From positions 360,001 to 392,000 of the forward strand of contig NC_013849.1 of the NCBI RefSeq assembly GCF_000025505.1: a DNA stretch of 32,000 nt, in the 5' to 3' direction. The notes under the pieces were generated by a model. The model did no database searches, was not told where the DNA came from, and saw nothing but the letters and a program-made list of their open reading frames with translations. Positions 27,221 through 32,000 of the stretch are shown one piece after another. Position 1 is the stretch's first letter, and each line of letters opens with the position of its first letter. Position numbers and translations under genes: made by a program. The stretch is from Ferroglobus placidus DSM 10642 (lineage in GTDB: Archaea; Halobacteriota; Archaeoglobi; Archaeoglobales; Archaeoglobaceae).

Positions 27221-30049
27221 CTAATCCTCGCTCACATCCTCAATCCAGCGGATGCTCTCATTAAACTCAGCATCAATCTCCTCCTCTTCCCCTCCTTTTC
27301 CTCCAGCTCTCCCACCTCCTCTCCTGCCCTCTCCAAACATCTCCTTGAGCTCCTGCGTGACCTCCTTTTTCCCGTCCACGGTTATGAGGTAATATCCAGC
27401 CCCTCCCTTTGCAAACCTGACAACGGGGAAGTCGAAGTCCTCCGGAGGGAATATCAGAACCAGGCAGTCCTCCCCATACCTCGGTATGCTGTCCTTGAAC
27501 TCCTTTGCGGGGTCGAACTCGACCCTCTTCACAACCCACCCCCTGCTGCTTGCCTCACTGACAGTGCAGATGTAACCGTCTTTGCCGTAAAGCACCCCTC
27601 CCTTCTCATACGCCTCCTCATTCGTATGCTTGTTGACCCACAGCTTCCTGCCCATGCGGTCCCTCGCAACCTCATTCGTCTTGTAAAGCCCGTCCCTCCC
27701 CCTCATGTTCTCAACAACCTCTACAATGTGCTTTGCAATTGAGATGTATTCCCCAGCACTCTCTCCATGCCCGAGAACAGCGTAGATCAGGTAGTATCCT
27801 GCCTTGTAGGCTCTTGCAAGCTTCTTCAGCAGCATCCCCGGCCTTCTCTGCGTTGCCACCTCCACCTCAACCAGGATCCTGTCCTTTTTAAAGAGATTGT
27901 AGCATCTATCCCTCTCCTCTCCCTCTGGCGGGAGTTTCAGTACAAGATCTGGAACGTAGTTGTCCAACCCGGGCAGAGAAACACCACGCTTCGGAACCTC
28001 TACAATGTAGCCGAGAGACGTGAAGTACTCGTAGGCTCTGATGATCAGCCTTCTGTGGTCAACAAATCCATCCGTCACCTCCCCCAACTTATCCACCCAG
28101 AAGGCCTGCCTGATCCTGTCAAGATTTGGCACAACCACGCTTCTCCCGGAAGCCATATCCGTTTTCAGCTCAATGTATTCTCTGTCCGCATCCGCAGCTA
28201 TCTCTATGAAGCTGTCGTACTTCCTGTCATCAATCTTAACCCCCCTCTTCCTGCACTCCTCCATGAACGTCTGCCTGCTGACATCAACCCCCTTTATCGC
28301 CAGCACATACAGAACCTCAAGCAGCTCCCCAATTAACCCGGCCTTGCGCTGGATTGAGCAGATCTCCTTTATCTTAAGCAGAGCATCTGAAAGCTGCATC
28401 TCGCTCATCCTCTCAAGCCCGTATCTTTCAAGCGAGGCCCTTGCAACCTCCACTATCCCCTCTCTGCTCCTCAAAGGCTCTGATGGAGGATAGGTTTGAA
28501 TTACAAACGGGTCTGACAGCTGATTTCTCACCATAATGCGCACCATTGCTTTATACAGACCAAGAGACAGCATGTCCTCCACCCTCACACCCGGAAATCT
28601 TTTGATGAGTACGGATGCATCTGCGGGGTTCTGCGCGTTGAAGGCTATTATTGTTCCGCAGTTTGAATACACAGCCTCTCTCACCTTTGGAGAGAGCTGC
28701 GACGGGTACTGGGTTGCAACAATCAAACCAAGCCTGAATGCCCTTGCCTCAGAGAGAATCTCGTCAAAGGTGGAGCCCTCGAAAGCAAAGTTTGAGAACT
28801 CGTCAATGTAGAGGAAGAAGGGCTTTCTGTCTTCAGGTCTAAGCTTCACCCTCGACTTCGCAGCAGCCCATATCTTTGACAGGACAGTGGTTCCCACAAG
28901 CTGCATTATCGTTTCTCCAACCTCTCCCTTCGGAACCCTTACGAGGATTATCTTGTTCGTGTCTATCGCCTCCCTGAAGTCGAAGGAGGATTTTCTGTGG
29001 GTCACAATCTGCCTTGCCACCTTGTTCATCACCCAGTCGTTCAAACGCCTTATAACGGGCTCCATCACATCATCCTTCATCTCATTGACCTTGAGCAGGT
29101 ACTCCCTTATTATGGGGTCATCAACGCTCTCAGCAAACTTGTTCCTCACATCATCATCTGTGAGAAGAACGTAGAGGTCGAGGAAGGTTAGCTGATCCCT
29201 CTCACCAACCCTCTCGTTGAAGTCCAGCACTGCCCTTACAAGAGTCTCAAAAATTCTTCCGAATCGCTCACCCCATATCTGCGTTTGCTGCCTCATCAAC
29301 GCAACAAGATCTGCAACAACAACCTCCTTCATCGCATTGATCTGTCCCTCATCCATGTTCTTTCTGGGGAGCTCCAGAAAGTTCAACCCGACAACCTTGT
29401 CGTAGTTTGCCGGATCGATGAGTATAACGTCCTTAATCCTGTGGTCGGGAATCCTCATCAAAACCTCCTCAATGGCATCACCCTTGGGATCGATGAAGCA
29501 CAAGCCGTAGCCGTTCTGGATGTCCTGCACGATCATGTTCACAAGGGTCGTTGTTTTTCCCGTCCCGGTTGCACCGCACACAAACATGTGCCGGAAGCGA
29601 TCCTCAAGGGCGACCGAGATGTGTCTAATACCCCTTATGTTGTCCCTGTAAACGCCAATATACTGCACACCGGGGTTTGGAGGGGGAAGGTTGATTTTCT
29701 CCCTGCCGAACTCCTGCACCACCCTCATCTCTGACCCTGCACCCGATCCGGTTACGGTTACAGCCCCGCAACCTGCACCTGCCCCATTTACTCCACCCAC
29801 AACTTCTGCAGACACGTCTCTGTCCCCAACATCTCTGCCCCCTCCAGCCTCAGAACCTGCGCGCCCTACACTGCCCACGCTGTTCCTCAGGTCCGGGAAA
29901 AGATCGTACTTGCTCTCCACAGCCTTTACCACATCGCTAAACCTGATTCCTTTTCCCACTCCCTTCTTTTTATTCTCCTCCCTCCCTCCTCCTTCTTTTC
30001 CCTTTTCCTTTATCTTTTTAAACACGTTCAGCATGATCCTCACCTTCAC
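27221..30049 (-). CDS. VirD4/TraG-like type IV coupling ATPase with C-terminal PD-(D/E)XK-like domain
   Basis: Walker A MFVCGATGTGKTTTLVNM, GLCFIDPKGDAIEEVLMRIP, Walker B PFFLYIDEFSNFAFEGSTFDEILSEAR, LIVATQYPSQLSPKVREAV. C-terminus: LDNYVPDLVLKLPPEGEERDRCYNLFKKDRILVEVEVATQ. Confidence 0.85.
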   Translation of the reverse strand: MKVRIMLNVFKKIKEKGKEGGGREENKKKGVGKGIRFSDVVKAVESKYDLFPDLRNSVGSVGRAGSEAGGGRDVGDRDVSAEVVGGVNGAGAGCGAVTVTGSGAGSEMRVVQEFGREKINLPPPNPGVQYIGVYRDNIRGIRHISVALEDRFRHMFVCGATGTGKTTTLVNMIVQDIQNGYGLCFIDPKGDAIEEVLMRIPDHRIKDVILIDPANYDKVVGLNFLELPRKNMDEGQINAMKEVVVADLVALMRQQTQIWGERFGRIFETLVRAVLDFNERVGERDQLTFLDLYVLLTDDDVRNKFAESVDDPIIREYLLKVNEMKDDVMEPVIRRLNDWVMNKVARQIVTHRKSSFDFREAIDTNKIILVRVPKGEVGETIMQLVGTTVLSKIWAAAKSRVKLRPEDRKPFFLYIDEFSNFAFEGSTFDEILSEARAFRLGLIVATQYPSQLSPKVREAVYSNCGTIIAFNAQNPADASVLIKRFPGVRVEDMLSLGLYKAMVRIMVRNQLSDPFVIQTYPPSEPLRSREGIVEVARASLERYGLERMSEMQLSDALLKIKEICSIQRKAGLIGELLEVLYVLAIKGVDVSRQTFMEECRKRGVKIDDRKYDSFIEIAADADREYIELKTDMASGRSVVVPNLDRIRQAFWVDKLGEVTDGFVDHRRLIIRAYEYFTSLGYIVEVPKRGVSLPGLDNYVPDLVLKLPPEGEERDRCYNLFKKDRILVEVEVATQRRPGMLLKKLARAYKAGYYLIYAVLGHGESAGEYISIAKHIVEVVENMRGRDGLYKTNEVARDRMGRKLWVNKHTNEEAYEKGGVLYGKDGYICTVSEASSRGWVVKRVEFDPAKEFKDSIPRYGEDCLVLIFPPEDFDFPVVRFAKGGAGYYLITVDGKKEVTQELKEMFGEGRRGGGRAGGKGGEEEEIDAEFNESIRWIEDVSED

Positions 30050-30100
30050 CTTCCCCCTATCCCAGCAGGCCCAGCTCTTGGGTGCGAGGGCTTTGAGCGC

Positions 30101-30337
30101 TCAGCCATACAGCATCCCCACATTCTTTATCCTCCGTTTTGGTTTCTTACCCTCCCACCTCTCGCACGAGTGGTTTGCTGGAGTGATCATTCCTCTGAGG
30201 CCGCAGTAGCCATCACTCTCATCAACCGAATGCCAGCACCTGCAGCCAATACATCTCCCCCTGGGCAAGTTTCTCCACTTACTCCTGCCTTTTTTCTTAA
30301 CCTTCTTACCTGTTCTTTTCTTTCTCTCTCCGGCCAT
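30101..30337 (-). CDS. Small basic Cys-rich protein between the two conjugation ATPase genes
   Basis: MAGERKKRTGKKVKKKGRSKWRNLPRGRCIGCRCWHSVDESDGYCGLRGMITPANHSCERWEG. Lies between two genes on the same strand. Confidence 0.5.
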   Translation of the reverse strand: MAGERKKRTGKKVKKKGRSKWRNLPRGRCIGCRCWHSVDESDGYCGLRGMITPANHSCERWEGKKPKRRIKNVGMLYG

Positions 30338-30502
30338 GCCCTTCTCTACCCTTCTCTACCCTTCTATCCCTTTGCCCCTACCTCAACCCATCTGTAGCGA
30401 TGGTTGCAACAGCAACAGTAACGTTAAAGACCCAGGACGCGACCACACCCACACCTCTCATCCTCTCCTATTTACTTTCCAATCTACACTCTTTCCCATA
30501 CT

Positions 30503-31999
30503 CTACACACCTCTCCCTGAAGCCTCAAGATAGGCCTTCTCCACAGGATTAGCTATAACGTTCATGTGGTAAATGCCGGCTGGAGTGATGAGCAGAGCAG
30601 AGGAGTAGCCCGCAGTTTTTCCCTGTGCAGCTTCCTTCACAAACCCCTCCCCAGATGCCGGGATGTCCAGTATCCTCTTAACCTCTTCCGGTATCGCCTC
30701 CAGCCTGAAGATGACGTGTATGTCTGCATTGGAGATTATCGTCCTCCCCTCCTCAAATCTGATGAACTCGTCATATCCCTGTGTGACGAGAGTGTAGCCT
30801 GTTTTGTGGTGCCTTGAGTGCCTCACCTCTCTCTCAAGAAACTTTCTGATCTGCCTGTAGGCCATGAAGTAGTGGGCCTCATCCACCACCACCATCTTCT
30901 TACCCTTCTCAGCCCTCTCTCTCGATCCAATCCACGTCAAAACTGCATGCAGAGGTAGAGGGCTCTTCTCAACACCCTCCACTGCTGAGAAGTCGAAGTA
31001 AACAACCCTGTTTCTGATATTGACATCCGTTCGCCCGTTGAACATGCTTAATTCAGCTGTAAAGGCGCTCATTGCGGACTTTATTCTCTCAGCAGCCCTC
31101 CTTTCTTCCTCACCCACGGGAACCTGGTCGATCTTCTCGATGACGTCGTCTATAATCACATCCCTGAACTTCTTATCCACGTAGGCCTTGATTATTGCCT
31201 TCCTCAGCACTCCAGATTCGGCCTTGTCCAGCGGGCTACCAACTTCTTCCTCAAAGAATGTTGAGAAGAACTCAAGGAGAGACATCAGCTTGTCCTTCAG
31301 CACCGACTGAGGTGTCTCGCCTTCCGGGACGAAGATGTCGAGGGGGTTCATGACGTTCTTGCCAACCACAACCCTCTGGGCCCCGAGCACGGCAGCGAGA
31401 TCCTTGAAGCCTGCAAGCGGATCGACAAGGAAGATCCTTACCTCAGGATCATTCAGCACCCACCTCGCAACCTCAAGCTTTGCGAAGAAGGATTTTCCAC
31501 TCCCTATTTTTCCGACAACGATCTCGTTGTGTCCTGCAAATTTGAACCTGTCAACTATGATCGGTGACTTTGTTGCAACATCATAGCCGTACAGCACTCC
31601 ACTCTCGTGCATGAGGGTGGGGAAGACGAAGGGGAAGCAGGACGCAGCGGCCTCGCTGTCCACCAGCACCTTCCTGCTGAGATAATCCTTTCCCTCAGGT
31701 AAAAGTGTTTTGAAGGCTTCGAGCATCCTGTACCTTATTCTCTTCAGCTGACACCCCTTTGCCTTCATCCTCTTGTTGAAGTCTGCAAAGTAATCCTCAG
31801 CAGCATTCTTGTCATCAGCAAGGATGTAGAAGTAAGTGCTTAAGGTGTAAAGCTTTGTCTGCCTTGACACAAGCCTTTCCCTGTAGCTGTATAGGTATTC
31901 AAGCTCGTGCTCCAGAGATGTCGTGTCAGTTCTACCCTTCTCCCTCATCTCCTGCAGCTTTGCCTCCAGCTGGGTTATGCGCCTGTTAAGCTCGTTCAC
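30503..31999 (-). CDS. virB4: VirB4/TraC-like type IV secretion ATPase (5' portion cut by window edge)
   Basis: KFAGHNEIVVGKIGSGKSFFAKLEVARW (Walker A), VRIFLVDPLAGF, GKKMVVVDEAHYFMAYRQIRKFLEREVRHSRHHKTGYTLVTQGYDEF (Walker B and beyond). Confidence 0.85.
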   Translation of the reverse strand: MNELNRRITQLEAKLQEMREKGRTDTTSLEHELEYLYSYRERLVSRQTKLYTLSTYFYILADDKNAAEDYFADFNKRMKAKGCQLKRIRYRMLEAFKTLLPEGKDYLSRKVLVDSEAAASCFPFVFPTLMHESGVLYGYDVATKSPIIVDRFKFAGHNEIVVGKIGSGKSFFAKLEVARWVLNDPEVRIFLVDPLAGFKDLAAVLGAQRVVVGKNVMNPLDIFVPEGETPQSVLKDKLMSLLEFFSTFFEEEVGSPLDKAESGVLRKAIIKAYVDKKFRDVIIDDVIEKIDQVPVGEEERRAAERIKSAMSAFTAELSMFNGRTDVNIRNRVVYFDFSAVEGVEKSPLPLHAVLTWIGSRERAEKGKKMVVVDEAHYFMAYRQIRKFLEREVRHSRHHKTGYTLVTQGYDEFIRFEEGRTIISNADIHVIFRLEAIPEEVKRILDIPASGEGFVKEAAQGKTAGYSSALLITPAGIYHMNVIANPVEKAYLEASGRGV

Positions 32000-32000
32000 A

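Noticed and set aside
27170-27742. 190-aa plus-strand ORF
   Set aside because: Antisense shadow of the VirD4-like gene. The translation looks non-protein-like. Other plus-strand ORFs across 28041..31586 are rejected for the same reason.
30341-30370. Tandem CTTCTCTACC-type 10-mer repeat
   Set aside because: Only two exact units plus one imperfect unit, in a pyrimidine-rich intergenic stretch. Too short to call a functional array.
1-32000. CRISPR array
   Set aside because: No regularly spaced repeats of 24-40 nt with unique spacers were seen.

Overview
Archaeal accessory region. The order below and the Archaeoglobales-like gene content are inferred from protein motifs and archaeal promoter style, not from a database search. 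Left to right: (i) insertion-element accessory genes: a SWIM zinc-finger ORF cut by the window edge, a PD-(D/E)XK-like ORF and a DUF2080-like 50-aa ORF around an ATTGTAGC-rich divergent promoter. (ii) A wHTH + PD-(D/E)XK nuclease-like gene whose 3' end overlaps a convergent, broken GmrSD-like (DUF262/DUF1524) gene. (iii) An Orc1/Cdc6-like AAA+ gene. (iv) An AT-rich pair: a toroid-repeat protein with C-terminal TM helices and a HAD hydrolase. (v) An AbiEi/AbiEii toxin-antitoxin pair with a striking inverted-repeat promoter, bracketed by diverged direct repeats. (vi) A tyrosine recombinase with a zinc ribbon. (vii) Orphan genes and a matrixin-like protease. (viii) A compact, overlapping cluster ending in a VirD4/TraG-like ATPase with a possible nuclease-like C-terminus. 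(ix) Two tandem MNT/HEPN modules. (x) An unusual NurA + HerA pair, with HerA truncated by an IS1-family element. (xi) A feoA-feoA-feoB locus with a DtxR-like operator. (xii) tRNA-Gln(CTG) followed by VirD4-like and VirB4-like conjugation ATPases. The best candidates for unexplored biology are the NurA/HerA pair, the VirD4-like ATPases with PD-(D/E)XK-like tails, the wHTH-nuclease/GmrSD convergent locus, and the toroid-TM/HAD pair.
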